Counted from the first letter of the whole stretch, positions 11,118-24,500 are shown. The stretch is 61,438 nt of DNA, filler included, from Choristocarpus tenellus KU-1152 (GCA_964200185.2; 12 parts of 12 records of this genome joined end to end with filler, not necessarily neighbours in it), one strand, 5' to 3'. Notes: generated by a model not told the origin, from the letters alone. Numbers and translations: made by a program.

Positions 11118-14100
11118 GTTGGATCTTTGAGGCAGGAGTTCCCAGACCTACCTATCCACGTCCATACCCATGATACCGCAGGCACAGGAGTTGCATCCAT
11201 GATCTGTGCAGCAGAGGTTTGTGATGTGCTCATCAGTGTGCAGAGTAGAGCGCTCGAGTGGCATGGGCAGGAACTGTGGCAGAAAACTGTTGGGTTGTAT
11301 TGGATACCCTGCCTCCAGGCGTTGGGAGGAAATCCAATATAACCCACTGGAGTTTCATGCTAAGCACGACTTCCTGCTCCATGTCAAATGAATACATCTC
11401 CATCTAGAGTTGCACTCAACTTTTCTGTAAGAATACTGACTTGGATGTCTAATGTGGGTTTTGATGTCGGGGAGCAGGCGGGAGCCGACGCAGTGGACTG
11501 TGCCACTGACGCTATGGCAGGCACGACCTCGCAACCAAGCATGGGAGCGCTTGCATCAGCACTTCAGGGTTCTTCTTTGGATACAGGGTTGGACTCAGAG
11601 CAGATCAACCTGGTTAACGACTACTGGGAGGTGAGTGATGAGTTGGGTCTTTGATGGTGTGGTGTGTAGTGAAGATTTTTGGCGGGCGTTGGTTGGAGTT
11701 CTTTTGTGTGGAGTTACTGGGAGGTGAAGGTTTAGTAGGTTTATGGTGAGGTGTGTCTTGTGATGATTGTGCGGTGGGTGCACTTTGCTATTTAAAAAAA
11801 ATGCTGTTTTGCTCTGTAGTTTTTTAGACGTCCTGTTCTGCATTGGGTTCATCTAGATTTATTTTTTTTTGAAACCCCCGTTGAGACTGAACTCAGGATA
11901 ATACTGTACATTTCTTGGGGTCTTCCAGGGGATTTTGTATGAGCTAACCCTGTACGCCCCTCATGCCCATCTTGTTTACTCCTCTTATGTCTTCTTTGCT
12001 ATGTGGTGTTGTGGATTGTTAGGAATGCCGTGGGCTGTATGCTCCTTTCGAGAGCGGACAGAAGTCTGGCTCAGCAGATGTATACTACCACGAAATGCCA
12101 GGTGAGCATAGCTTTGAGTTTTCAAAAGTAGGGTATTGACTGGTCAACTTGAGGCAATTTAGGAAAAACTCCTGGAAAGCAAGTACTCACTCAGTGGCCT
12201 GTCTGTGTTGCTCAAGAGTCTCCAATACAACAATGAATTATTTTGTTTTTTTCTGGTTGGTAAGTGGTGACATTACACTTCTTTTTAATATTCCCCAGTG
12301 TTTTTTTTGTCTTCTAGGTGTCCCTGCTCTCAGCCCCCCCCCCCCCCTCCCCCCCTTAATCTTTGCAATATGAATGGGGTGAGACAAGAGGGACTCATGA
12401 ACGAATGAACGAAACCTGGTTGTGGTTGTGGTTGTGGTTGTGGTTGTGGTTGTGGTTGTGCCTTAATTAGATTTAAGGTTGATAAGATGATGATCCTTGC
12501 TTCTTTTCCCCCACTGCTATTCCACCTTCCATGTGTTTCCAACCTATGTTAAATCTTACAGGGGGTCAGTACACCAACCTCATGTTCCAGTCACAGCAAT
12601 TGGGACTTTCTGGGCGCTGGCCACAAATCAAGCGGGCCTATGCTGCTGCAAACAATCTCCTTGGTGACATCATCAAGGTCAGTCCAGAGCCACATGAGGC
12701 CCCTGTCAGTCACTTGCCCTCTTTTTCTTTTCAGTTGTGCACATCTGTATGAAAAAAAATCCTTTTCTGAGAAAAGAATATATTTGTTCATATCTTTGGT
12801 ATATAAATATATATATATATATACGCTGTTTTGCACCAGTGGTACTTGCATGTTGTTGGCGATAACTTTGTACTTTGAACCCAGGATTCAAAAACGACTT
12901 TGTGGTAGTGTATTTTTTTCAAGTCAAGCATGACATCTCGGACAACCTTTTGCATGCAAAACTCAAGAGAACCCTGCTGTCACATCAAATATATAATATT
13001 ACTCTTCACATAAAATACAATTCGCCAAATGCAAACGTGGGTGTGAATGCTCTCCTGTGGTGCAGGTGACTCCTTCCTCCAAGGTAGTAGGCGACCTGGC
13101 GCAGTTCATGGTGCAGAACGACCTCTCTGAAGAGGACGTTAAGGAACAGGCGGAGTCGCTATCCTTCCCGTCCTCTGTGGTGGAGTACTTCCAGGGCTAC
13201 CTTGGTATCCCCCCCTACGGCTTCCCAGAACCCCTGCGTAGCCAGGTGATAAGTGGGGGTAGAGAGAGGAGATTGAGCTGAAGTACTTGAGGGAGATAGG
13301 AGAGGTGGAATTTGTTGGCATTTTCTTGAGGCTACTGTTTGTCGTGGGTGTACATAGGTTTTGCTCATTGAAGACTTGGGTAGGAATGGGTTTTTTTTTA
13401 AGTTGTACATGTGAGCTCCAGGAGAAGTAAAATGTTCCCTCTGATGTTACATGTAGAAGAGTGTTTTTTGATGTTTTGTTTTGTGGGGAGGAAAGATCAG
13501 TCGTTGGCAATCGATGCATTTTTGTGACCTTTTTTGATGTGCATTTTATTTTACTGTATTTTATTTTATTTTTGCAGGTGGTGAAGGGGAAGGTCTTGGA
13601 GAACGGTAAGACGTGCTTTGAGGGAAGGCCTGGGGCAGAGATGGAGTCCTACAACTTCGACGGCGAGGTAACATCATCTGCATGGATACAAAATGAACTG
13701 TTCTGATTTGTATCACTATTGGTTTGGCGTTGTTAAGGCAGTAGCTATCCAGCACCACTTTTGTGTCTTTTGAGATACTGTCTCCCCATTCACCTCCTAG
13801 TCCTGTTCACAGAATGTGTACTTGTAAATGTTAGAAGTGTCTTGATGCAGTGCCTTTTGTCCGTTACAGACCAGAACAATTATCCGACTAGGGAAGACTC
13901 TTGAAATGGCCTGATCTTGCTGTCACCTGTGAAGAGTTGCCGCTTCACTTGCCTAGGTAGGCAGGTTTGGGGCCTTTTGCATCCCGAGTCATATTTGTTA
14001 GTTACCCTGGGCAATAATGCTCTAATTTTATTGGCTATCTATATGTGCACAATAGTGTACACAAAATGGATGTTTCCTCTTTTTTTCCACACTCAAAGTG

Positions 14101-15369
14101 GCACCGTAATTCAGAATTAATTCAATTTTTCAAAATGTCTTTTTGACACTTACCAGGATCCTTCAATACAACCTTTCTACCTCTCAATTACTTTGGATCT
14201 TACATACATACTTGGTGTATTACACCACACAACCCCAATATCCCCACATAAAAAAAAATTGTTTCCTTATTCCCCAACTTGGCTGTTCACATGCAGATGG
14301 AAAAGCTACAGACGATCTATGGGGAGCCCAACATCACAATCAGGGAGCTCCTCAGTCACGCACAGTACCCTGCTGTGTTCAAGGTTGTCATAATTCTCTC
14401 CCCTGCCATCCAGTGTGATGCCCCTTAAGCTGTTAAATTATGTAAACCTCAATAGTTTCTAGGTCATGAAACAGTCACAATTGTCGCTGTTGTGCCAATG
14501 GAGACTTGCTTGTCTTTTACGCAAATTTCAAGTATTTTAGAATTGCTTTTTTTTATTAATGCCCTCTAATTTATCTGCAAGGGGTGTGCCTATAATGTGT
14601 AAATGAAATCCACAGTCTCTCCTCCAGAGGCAGGCTTTGTACCACAGTCAGAGATTATTGCAGGGCCTTTAGGTACATTTTGTGTCTTGCCCTACTTGGG
14701 CGACACAAATAATTTTAATTGTGTGTTGTGGTATTAAATTAATTCTGCCCGTCATGGCTGTCAAAGATATTGCTGTGCACATTGCCTTGTGGGGCTTGCC
14801 ATCTTTTTTACTTGGTGTTTATATTAAACTGTGACTGACTGCGTTTGGAACAGGACTACATGGCCTCTAAGAATTCATTCGGGGACCTCAAGGTGCTTGA
14901 CACAAGGACATTTGTCTCCGGCATGAAGATTGGACAGGTCAGTATTAAGGGTTCTAAATAGGGAGAATGGGGGGGGGGGGTTGCTGGGCGAGAGCACCCA
15001 GCAGACTCTGTATGACTCTCAATTGATTTCATTAGTTCACATGTTGCTTTTCGTTGCAGCATGTTTCCTTACTGATCCATTTGTTTCAGCTCACCATGGT
15101 GCATTGTACTCTTGTGAGTTCAAGTTTGTGTTGTACTTTCTTTTCTAGTTGATTATTAATGTGTGCGTTCATGCCTTCCATGTGTGTTCTCACTCAACGC
15201 AATCTATTCCTTCATGTCCCCCTTTATCCACACCTGACCCTGCCAATTTTGGTGTGATTCTGTCCTCTCCTTGGCTCTGTCCTTGTTGCCTTCCCGTCCT
15301 GGGTCTTTGGTTGACCGGTTATTGTGATGGTATTTGCAGGAGATTGCAGTGGAGCTAGAGCACGGGAAG
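11118..15369 (+). CDS. PC: Pyruvate carboxylase, carboxyltransferase domain to linker (internal fragment, 9 exons)
   Basis: Phase-consistent GT-AG exons 11118-11216, 11478-11630, 12023-12101, 12562-12677, 13066-13245, 13578-13667, 14297-14383, 14854-14937 and 15340-15369. Diagnostic motifs: [11 protein letters not shown] (metal-binding HxH), [60 protein letters not shown]. Confidence 0.97.
12417..12460. repeat. (GGTTGT)n microsatellite in a PC intron
   Basis: About 7 perfect hexamer copies. Confidence 0.9.
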
Positions 15370-16345
15370 GTGTGTGACGAATGTCTTGTTCATTTTGTGG
15401 GGATGGGATGGGATGGGATTTGTGCTGAAATGTTCGAATGTATCGTTTGGTAGAATAGAGGTAGGAGACTGTGAGCAGACTGTATATCACGCACTGCATG
15501 CTGACAAAGTTCATAACGAGCCAACTTGTTCGACTTTTGTGTAGCCTTCCTTTCTACTTGTCCATGACTTTTGTTGTATGTGAGGTTTGCATGGTGTTTC
15601 ATTCCTTGTTCTGTGTCACATGGTCACAATATCAAATGCAAGCCCCCCCCCCCCCCCATCTAACTAAGACNNNNNNNNNNNNNNNNNNNNNNNNNNNNNN
15701 NNNNNNNNNNNNNNTTAATTAATTAANNNNNNNNNNNNNNNNNNNNNNNNNNNNNNNNNNNNNNNNNNNNAGGGGACGGCCGCACCGAAAAAAAAGAATT
15801 TTAAGGGCGGGCAACGGGGGGGAAGGGGGGGGGGGGGAAGGCAGTCCGTCAAGTCACTAAGCAGCAATACAGGACAAGGTCCGTGAGAGAGACAAACAGA
15901 GAGGGAATCCTTGGTTTGGGGAGGTGAGGCGGGGGGGGTTTTTGCTGGCCACAAGGACTGTAAGGAGAACATCAAAGAGGAGAAAATCCATTAAACCCTT
16001 CAAGAAGGTGCTTGGCGGCGGCTCAGAGGCTGCTGATACCAAGTCACCTGCACTCCAGGGCATACACGATGTATATTTCTTGTTTTTATGGTGGGAGTAG
16101 TGGGAATTTGAGTGTGAACAGTTTTTTCAAGGCAGGGAGTCAAGCTTTAAGCGATCATTTGTGAGGTCTCCCAAATACCTAACTCAACCTGGATTAAAAT
16201 AGACTTAAGGCACATAAGGTCTTAGCTGGGCGGCAAAAATCCCGAATGCCCACCATTGAAGATATCACTTGGCCTCCCAGTTGTCCCCATCCCATCCCAT
16301 CCCATCTTATCTTTATTATTCGCCTCTCCCTGTTTTTTGTTGCAG

Positions 16346-18182
16346 ATGTCAGAGTTATGCGCGTGGGCGCTTCAAAATATCTCAGGACCGTCTCAAGCTC
16401 CTTAACTTGCACTGGAAGCGCTGCACAGTGCTCTTGCGAAACAAACTTGCTGTCCGGCTTGAGCATAAGCTTCGGCAACAGGAAGAGAAGGATGAGGAGT
16501 TGCACACAGGTTTCATCCAATACATGCAGATGATCAGGACAGAGGGGTAAGTGCAACAGAGGTAGAGCTGTTGGGTATGAATGGTGACTTCACTCCTCCT
16601 CTCATGTCTAAGGTGTGTGTTAAACCCCTTGTTTTACAGAACTTGTGTGCAAAAAATGCGTTGATTGCTTCCATGTCGCTCCAGAGTAGGGTGGAAAGTA
16701 GGGAAGGAGTGAGTTCCATCTCTAGGGAGTTGCACCATCTCCAACAAGCACACATCACAATCATACATTGGGACCATCGAACTGTTGGTTGCTCATCACT
16801 AGCCCGTTGACCATAGGACTCCGCTCTCCGTGTATTTAGCTGTAAGCTCATGTTCTTATGGAGCCATTCCTGTATCAAAATCTATCAGTCAATGCTCATC
16901 TCCTCCTCTATAGAACACAATCATATAGGCCCCTCTCAACTAAAAAGTCTCCCACATAAATCTTCTTTAACACAAGCAAGAGTTTCAAGCATATCCTAGG
17001 CTCTATAGAATGATTGGCCTCCAACCTTGAAATGGTTAATGTGGCAGGGAGGAGATGACATGTCCTCTTCAGCATCAAAGAGTCATACGTTTTTTTTTTC
17101 CATGCTGACCTAGTTACAGCAATTTGGACAGTGCAGAGCATTCACTGTATGAACGCTCTTCTTGTTGAAGGCAGAGGAAATACATGGTGCACAGTTTGAA
17201 CCGTAAAGTTAATTTTCTCTATAGAGTTAATTTGTTCTGGCATACCAACTACAAAAGAAAATAAAGAAAAATAGGACTGACATCTGAGAAAACCTTCCTG
17301 TCTGTAGCCATTGACCAAGGCCACTCTGCCCATCCTTGCAGGGGTGGCACTCAAATGGTATGCTCCAAGGAAAAACCTTTAGGGAGGCGAGCTACCAAAG
17401 TTTCACAGCGTGGACATGAATTGCCGGGTCATCACAAAGCCTGTCGAAGTCTCAGTCCTACTAGAAGACTCAAGGGGGGCAAAGGAAGGGAAATTGTGCT
17501 CAAGCTTAGGCTAAAAAGGGCCATGGACGAGGTGGGGGCATTGGAGGCACACAAGTCTGTGCAGCTGAGGATACTGGAAAATGCTCTAGCAAAGGTAGGT
17601 GTCATACAGCAAGGCATGAAAGGGCATCAAGAACAAGCTTGCACTGTCGAAAAATGCCACTTGTACATGCAATAAAGTTGCATGCCTCCCTCTCTATATT
17701 GCCACCCCACACATTCACTACTACTACTCCATATTTTCTCATTGGCTGAACGTGTGAGTTCTCCCGCCACCATGTCAGGCCGGGTCATTGCACATCAAAG
17801 CGCAGTGTGACTATTGTACAACGTATTTGAAACATTCACTTGGCTGCACTGTGACCTTCTAATGATGCCTTGCCCCGACCGCGAAGACTCAGTTGAGCCA
17901 TAGCATCTTAGAGGGCAGATCTGTGTCCATTTGGGGGACCACAATCCAATGTTGCGATTTTGATGTAGTTTTGGCTATCGTGTTTGTTAGGAAGTGTCAA
18001 TATCCTTGTTCCGGACACACCCTTTCATATTGTATACACTTTACCTACTCGAAATGTTTTGGAGTAGGTAAAATGTCCTTTAAAAAAAACATGGGAATCC
18101 AATCCCCAAATGGACAAACAAACAGGGCAAAACTCGTACCCTCTAAGGTACTTTCACTTAGTCGCAATTCCCCACACCCTTG

Positions 18183-18228
<46 letters not shown>

Positions 18229-18476
18229 AGAATTGAAACAGGACAGTTTCACCTCGCAATACTACTTGACAAAATGTTTGTCGGAACATACATGTACGCG
18301 TCCATCTGCGCATACCATTAAAAAAAAAAAAACATGGTGGAGACAAGCAGGCACGAAGGGAATGGACAGCTTCCATCAGACTCAATGTTACCAGGAAGGA
18401 CTCTGCCTTTTCTCAGGAACCAGCCCTGTTCGAAGATGTAATGTACACTGTTGATGATGCTCGGGAATTGTTATTG
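16346..18476 (+). CDS. Uncharacterised basic protein fragment with an IQ-like motif (3 exons)
   Basis: Exons 16346-16546 (CQSYARGRFKISQDRLKLL...), 17342-17594 and 18351-18476 (ARREWTASIRL...YTVDDARELLL) have AG/GT boundaries and chain in phase (2, 0) with no stops. CQSYARGR resembles IQxxxRGxxxR. Confidence 0.6.
17895..18159 (+). mobile_element. MITE family C, copy 1
   Basis: TIR GAG(C/T)(C/G)AAAGTATCTTAGAGGG...CCCTCTAAGATACTTTCACTC consensus. Internal sequence is shared with three other copies in the window. Confidence 0.88.
18186..18226. repeat. (AG)n microsatellite
   Basis: About 20 perfect AG units. Confidence 0.95.
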
Positions 18477-20167
18477 GTAAGGGCTGGAGAAGAGGGACAG
18501 GGTGGATTAATAAGAAAAGAGACAGATTCATAATAGCTGTAATTCAACAATCATCCCCAACGTTGAATCCACCCATTGCTCTCCTGGAGTTGGATCCCTT
18601 TGTCAACAGACATTTGATCAACAAAGGAAAGCCTAATGACTGTTCACTGTATTGCAGTACGTGGTTATGGTACCAGAACAGTTTCAAGAACAAAGGATAG
18701 GGGCAAGGTCCCAGGGCAAAACCATTAATACGGGAGATGCAATCGTCTTTGCCTCAAAGTATCTAGATGGGGGGGGGGGGGGGGGGGGGGGGGGAGGGGG
18801 GAGGAGAGGGNNNNNNNNNNNNNNNNNNNNNNNNNNNNNNNNNNNNNNNNNNNNTTAATTAATTAANNNNNNNNNNNNNNNNNNNNNNNNNNNNNNNNNN
18901 NNNNNNNNNNCTTTTTTAAGACCGTTTTCGCAAAACAACCATCCTCATAGTCCTGCACCATCCTCAATTTTGAGAAATCCCTGTTTTTAGGACATTGATA
19001 TGACATTCTGCACTTCATAATAAGGAACATAATTATATTCCTCTACTATACAAACGCCAATATATCTGCAAACTCATCCCCTCGCATCCCCTAGTACATG
19101 CAACGCACAAGTATTCTCCCTTCACGCCCTCAGATATTGATGAGGGATCAACATCATTGACAAACAGATATTGCTTCCACTATGTAATGACATACTCTTC
19201 CGTACTTCATAACACAGGCCAATCATCAAGGCAACAAACCTACAAGACAGATAACCCCTATAATCCACACATCGTCAAAGCAACAGTAAACACCCGACTC
19301 AAGAAATAGACGTATGAACAGGCTACTTTTGTAACATCATCACACAGTCTCATCTAAATCAAAGCGCCAAGAACATATCCTAAGTGCAAGATATGCCATA
19401 TTTCATTGAAACAAGATCAACCTTCCTCGACTAAAGACACTCAAATACACCATTTTTCCAACACTTGGTCAGGGACCAAATGAACACCCTAGTGCACACC
19501 ACCACCCCCTCCCAGATACTTTGGCCCGGTCCTGCTTTCTCATGTTGTACTCCCTTGGATGGCGATCCCAACAACAGACCCACACCCCTTATTGCAATGT
19601 GTTCAATGTTTTGCTGCTTGCGGTTCAAGTTCTCCCCTTTGATCTATGGCACTGTAACAAAACAAAATTACAACAAGGGGGATGTGGTCTACTGACAAGA
19701 AGCAATTTGCAAGAGATTGACCCCTCCATTGTAACATGTGAATGAACGCATATTTGAGACCTCCAGAATTACTGTTCTTGATCTCCCTCATCCAAATCAG
19801 TTTGTACCTCCTCTTGTGTTCTGAAGGCCCCGCGGTCTATATTCCTACATCAAAGTATCGAAAGGCACCAGTTGTACTCTGTACAATACAAGGCAACACA
19901 ACAGGGTGAGGGCTCGGCACTCGTATTATTATTATTGCTTGCATACTGTAAGGAACTTCAAACTAGTGCCCACTTTGGTTTGCACCAGCATCACAGTCGG
20001 TACTTGACCTACTGAGATCCGATTCTGGGTTGTATTGCTTATTCAGAAATGGGTATTGTCCACCATTTCTCATATTCCAAAGTAGATTTTCTGTACTCCT
20101 TGTAGGGAACAATTTGCATCCCAATAACTTCTGCATGGTATTCATTTGGACAGAGAGAGGAAAGAAA

Positions 20168-20427
20168 GAGTGAGAGTATCTTAGAGGGCACGAGTTTTGC
20201 CCTTTTTGTCCATTTCGGGCTTGACTTCCCATGGGTTGGTTCTCTTATGACATTTTCCTACTCCAAAATGTTTTGGAGTGGGGAATTGTATACGTCATGA
20301 AAAGGTGTGCCCAGAACATGAATATTGACACTTTCTAACGAACATGATAGCCAAAATTACATCAAATTACAACATTGGATTTTGACCCCCAAATGCACGG
20401 GCCCTACCCTCTAAGGTGCCTTGGCTC
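20168..20427 (-). mobile_element. MITE family C, copy 2 (reverse orientation)
   Basis: Reverse complement aligns with copies 1, 3 and 4. Ends are GAGTGAGAGTATCTTAGAGGG and CCCTCTAAGGTGCCTTGGCTC. Confidence 0.88.
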
Positions 20428-21161
20428 AAACAAATGTACAAAGGCAACAGCAGGTTGCAAGCAGATCCAGACTAGCGCCTTTTCCTGTTCTTGATTGATA
20501 CTGCAGTGTCGTTTCACTACTTAGGTATATGCTACAACCACCATACACTCAAGTATCCAGTGATAAAAGAAACCACCCCAAGAGTTTGGGGGAGCAATCA
20601 CAAGTGCATTGCATGAGCTCATTCCACTTGTGGAGACAACCTACGTTAGCAACAAGGCTGTATATGGACATTTTGTTCTCGGTCTGCTCTGCCAAAAAGG
20701 TGAGAAGTGGTGGGGTAAAGGAGAGGCCAACTGACAGTATCCCCCTCCAAATTCCAGAGACAACAGCAACTCGCATCTATGCCTGATCAAATGTCATGTT
20801 GTTTTCTGAAAGAAAATCAATTCTTCATCGTACCACTCGGTGCACTAAAGCACTACATCTCTCCACAAGAAACATGCCCATCTCCCCCCCCATCAATATG
20901 CCTGTAACCGATCACCAACCCATTTCCCTCAATCGCAACATCATCCACCCTAATTCTTCTCAACAACCACATCCCTGAGCCACTAGTACATGGCAAGCCT
21001 TAACTTCCCCTTACCATATGGGACCAGCTTTGGTCGGGTGTATTCAGCCAAAAGTCCCATCATTTCCTGTGCCACACCCTCCATGTTTAGCACTGCGTTA
21101 AAGAATGTGTAGAATCCCAAGTCTTGATATTGAAACATGTAGATTAATTCCTTCTCAGTTA

Positions 21162-24100
21162 TGTTGTAGGAGATGGAAAGTTGGAGTGAGATAAATCGCT
21201 CAAGGAGGGGGTGATAAACCTTTCACTCATCACTGATCGCTAATGACTCGTCACTCAATCTGTGTTACTTGCTATGTTTGTTGCTACAACCTTCCTTTTT
21301 CTAGGATTCTTCTTGTACTCTTATAACCCGGATATATTCGTAGTCACCTGACAAAGACATTACTATCAATTATCCCGTTATCCAACAATAGTTCAACAGC
21401 TTAATGTTTTTCCTACTGAATCATATTTTACACATGAACAAAAAGCATATTCTTAACACACTCCCCTGCTTTGAACTTCAAGTGAAAAATATTACCTCAA
21501 CACACAATTATCATATCACATCATGCATTACCCATAATGATATCTGCATGCCAATTGAACAATTCCTTAGACAAACCCTTGGTAAAAAAATCTGCATGTT
21601 GAAATTTCATAGGTACATATCCAATCTTCACTTTCATTTCCCCCTCTAGTTGTACATAGTGGTACCTAATGTCTATGTGCTTAGTTCTACCACCAGATAT
21701 TGTCTTCTGTGAAATCTTTATTTCACCATTGTTGTCCTCAAACACTAATACCAAGTAATCTTTACATTGTGGTTGCATGAACATGTGCACTTGCTTGAGG
21801 AACATAAACTCTTTCCCCAACTCACACAATGCAACATACTCAGCCTCATCAGTAGACAGTGTAATCGTTTTTTCTGCTTTCTCGACCACCAATCGACACA
21901 TTCTCCCCCAAACATAACAAAAAACCCAGAAATAGACAATCTACTGTCTTTACAGTTAGCACGATCAGCATCCGTATAGCCAATTAACTGATCCCTTGGT
22001 CCATTACCATATAATCCAAAATCACCAAAGGTTATTCCATGCTCTTTAGTACCCAATAGGTACCCAATAACTCTCCTAGCATTCAACCAATCAGACCAAC
22101 TTGGATTCTCCACACACGAAGCCAACTCTCGAACTGCAAATGATACATCAGGTCTAGCAATGATAGCAGCCCACTCTATACCACCAATCATAGATCTGTA
22201 GTCATCTGGAACAGGTCCCTCCTGCTCAACTCACTTTGTGATGGACAGTAGCTCGTAAGTCGTGCCAATACCGTGCCTTTCCGCCAGCTCCGCGATGTAC
22301 AAACTCTGATCCACACAAATGTCCCAGTTTTCCTGTTCCTCCTGATCCTGCATCCCATAAATTTGGTTTTTCACCAAAATTTACCACGGGGAACTTCTTA
22401 TTAAGTCCCTCCATGATACGCACAGCATAACCAGCCCCTGGATCCTCAGCCATTAGCATGTCATCCACATGAACAATCATGATCATCACAACCTCACCAT
22501 CCACAATCATTCTGAATAGACATGGATCTGCCTCAGATTGTTCCAATCCCAGTTCCACCAAAGCTTCCACTAGCAGAAAGTTCCAGTTCCGAGAAGTCTG
22601 GACTATCCCATACAGCGACTTCTTTAGTAGGCCCACTGCTCCATCAAACTTTGCCTTTCTTTCAGGAAGTTCCACATATATGGTTTCCTCCAAGCCAGCC
22701 AGTGCGAAAGCCTTCTTCCCATCACTGTCGATCAACACGTAATTCATCTTTGCTGCTAGTGCAAGTAACATGCGAAGAGAAGCACGTGTAGGTGTTGGTG
22801 ACATGACTCGAAGTAGTCCTCCCCCTTCCTCTGTCTGAAACCCTGGACAACCAACCTGTCCTTGTACCTTTCCACTTCTCCTTTAGCATCCATCTTCCCG
22901 GTATACATCATCTTTGTCCCGAGTACCTTGTGACCATCAGCGGAGCGAGGTACTTGAATCCGCACTCCCCTGCTATCCAGATCATGCACTTCTTCATCAA
23001 TAGTAGCTTTCCACAAAGGTCACTTCTCTGTCCCTGTCGCTGCTCTCCTGGTCTTAGGTTCTGGTGGGAGGGGATTATATTTCCCACCCACAAGTAGACC
23101 AGCCAGTCTTCGTCCATACCTTAATGTCCGTGCCGATGGTTGACCAGGTTCAGATGGGGGGTCTTGGTTATGGTCCGCTAGTTACAGTAACAATCTTCCA
23201 CCACTCCCCTGCTATGACGTAGGTGGATCCATACCACCAGCACCAGTGTTCAGCATCCCATCTGTACTTCCATTCTCCATAGTGTTTTCCACATCTATTC
23301 CACCGTCCCCACTTTCAAGTTTCGAATCCAAACCCACTTTTTCCGAAGGCACCCCTTTTGAAATCTTTTCCTCTGGAAACTTTTCTTCCAATTCCAAAAA
23401 AATTTCCTCCAGCACCAAATCCCCAATCCTCCCCCCGAAGTCCTCCTGCTTCTCCTCCAAGATTCCATTCCCAGTCTTGTCAATCTGAGCGACAGAATAT
23501 GGTTCCCAAACACAGTCATGCCTGTTGACTATTTGTCCTGAATTGTAAGAACCCGCAAAGAATCAGAAGGGTGGTTGGAAGAACATTCCATCATCAGACA
23601 AGGTTCAGCTCTTGGTGCCAACTTATGCATCCGTTAGAACCCCAAAGAGGTAACAAATGAGGGTGGGTTGGAACACCATAAAACATTTCATACGGTAATT
23701 TCCGGTGGGGGTTAGCAGACGTGGGGCAAAGGTTTGTTAGTGTGGCAGCCATGTTGTGCGCCTCCGCCCACAAACCCAACCAATCCCCCAATCCAGCCGT
23801 GTGCATCATGACCGGCCCCTTCTCCGCTATCAGTGCAATCATGCATTCCACTTTCCCATTCAATTGGGGGGTACCCGGAATGGTGTACTCATGCCGAATC
23901 TTGTGTTGATCCAGCATCCCCTCGAAGTCCCCATTCTTGAACTCCATGCCCTCATCAGTCCTAACACACCCAGTGTGCAAATTTTACACATCGACCACAC
24001 CTCGAAAAAAAGCCCAAAAAACCATTGCAGTTTCATTCTTGGCTCGAAGGAATCGAATCCATCGCATTCCTGTCATGTTGCATACCATCATCTCGTAAAG

Positions 24101-24223
24101 GTATCCACCCGGGTTGCTTGCCCTTGGCTTTGGTCCACTCAAATCTATGAACACCTGTCCCAACTGTCGGTCAGACTTACTCTCTCTTATAGGTACAGGT
24201 TTGTTAAGCTGTCCTTGGCGATC
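21162..24223 (-). mobile_element. Decayed Ty1/Copia LTR retrotransposon: integrase, RT, RNase H, PPT and 3' LTR
   Basis: Copia domain order INT-RT-RH on the minus strand. Motifs: VFIDLSGP, RTDEGMEF, TPQLNGKVE, YKDRLVVQGFRQ, KKSLYGIVQ, IVHVDDML, RPDVSFAV, GYTDADRA, LSTDEAEY, FEDNNG, RTKHIDIRYH, ADFFTKGL. Many frameshifts. PPT AGGGGAG at 21461-21467. LTR ~21162-21458 with TGTT...AACA ends. Confidence 0.96.
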
Positions 24224-24500
24224 TGTTGTCCCACACAACTAGTTATATTATTGTTTATTCACTTGTACCACAGTTAAGAAGAGAGTGAGATACCTTCACT
24301 AGGTGGGGCTCACCAGTCCTTACACTTAATGACTCAGAATACCAATTGACTCAACGTATCTCTAGTACACGTCAGAAACACTCCGACTCTAATAGTCCGC
24401 NNNNNNNNNNNNNNNNNNNNNNNNNNNNNNNNNNNNNNNNNNNNTTAATTAATTAANNNNNNNNNNNNNNNNNNNNNNNNNNNNNNNNNNNNNNNNNNNN

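Noticed and set aside
17893-18186. Similar short ORFs at 17893, 19963, 41950 and 50486 as a small protein family
   Set aside because: The similarity comes from the non-coding MITE family C, and frames are not conserved among copies.
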